Below, in pieces: positions 37,823 through 38,135 of a stretch of DNA of 38,135 nt. A program made the position numbers and the translations under genes. The notes beneath the pieces are model-generated. The model had not been told where the DNA came from. It ran no database searches and saw only the letters and a program-made list of their open reading frames with translations. Each line of letters opens with the position of its first letter. Positions within the stretch are counted from its first letter, which is position 1. This stretch comes from Chthonomonadaceae bacterium (GTDB lineage: Bacteria > Armatimonadota > Chthonomonadetes > Chthonomonadales > Chthonomonadaceae): positions 1-38,135 of the forward strand of contig JAYVOT010001068.1 of assembly GCA_043757795.1 (NCBI GenBank), read 5' to 3'.

Positions 37823-38135
37823 CGGAGTATGCGGTGTCCCTTGCTTGGAGTGTGAACCAAGACTATTAATCGCAAGTGATTTTCGGCGTTTTTTTGTACT
37901 TAAAGTAAAGGAGTATTCATAAATACGGAATTGAAGATCAAATGATTCCCGCTATAGTAAATGAAAGGCGCTGAAATGATTGATTATTGTTATTTCTGTA
38001 TAGGAAGTGACAATCCCTCCTATATCACAATACCTTTATCACTGGACTTTAGCCATTTTTGAATCAGGGATGGAGTGACTTGTATCGTTTGTGAAGTAGA
38101 ATATTGGTGTAAAAGCCAAACTAAACCACGGACGG

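Larger units (their letters stand above)
19069..38135. repeat. Right arm of the perfect inverted repeat (exact reverse complement of 2..19068)
   Basis: Same as the left arm. Spot checks of intergenic stretches (e.g. 11341-11400 vs 26737-26796) are also exact. Confidence 0.97.

Noticed and set aside
19069-38135. Treating the right-arm genes as a second set of paralogues (two secA, two apbC, and so on).
   Set aside because: They are base-for-base reverse complements of the left arm with no divergence. They carry no independent information unless the palindrome is shown to be physically real.
1-38135. I looked for CRISPR arrays, rRNA/tRNA genes, IS elements or transposases, integrases, phage structural genes and telomere resolvases.
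   Set aside because: I saw no short regularly spaced repeats, no recognisable RNA genes, and no DDE, tyrosine or serine recombinase or protelomerase motifs in any ORF of the unique arm.

Overview
The main fact about this window is structural. Bases 2..19068 and 19069..38135 are exact reverse complements of each other with no spacer (base x pairs with base 38137-x; the centre reads gaggtcaa|ttgacctc). Only about 19.07 kb is unique, and every gene appears twice in mirror orientation. The unique arm looks like a bacterial chromosomal segment; I cannot determine the phylum by eye. It has a GC-rich housekeeping core: long-form secA, an SGNH hydrolase, an Mrp/ApbC Fe-S carrier, a DinB-like protein, an SDR, a sulfatase-like enzyme and a secreted NHL beta-propeller. 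Three visibly AT-richer accessory blocks flank or interrupt this core. (i) A three-gene operon headed by a TIGR04255-like protein sits at the outer end of the arm. (ii) A ~4.2 kb insertion lies downstream of secA, bracketed by a degenerate duplicate of the secA 3' end. It carries a Fic/HTH 'mobile mystery protein' pair and two secreted proteins of unknown function, one of them frameshifted. (iii) A tightly coupled DUF3467-like / DUF433-like / RelE-ParE-like module abuts the palindrome centre. I recognised no rRNA, tRNA, CRISPR array, integrase, transposase or protelomerase. The palindrome is most simply explained as a fold-back sequencing or assembly artefact; a read-through hairpin telomere is the interesting alternative. 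All family names come from motif recognition by eye, and no searches were run.
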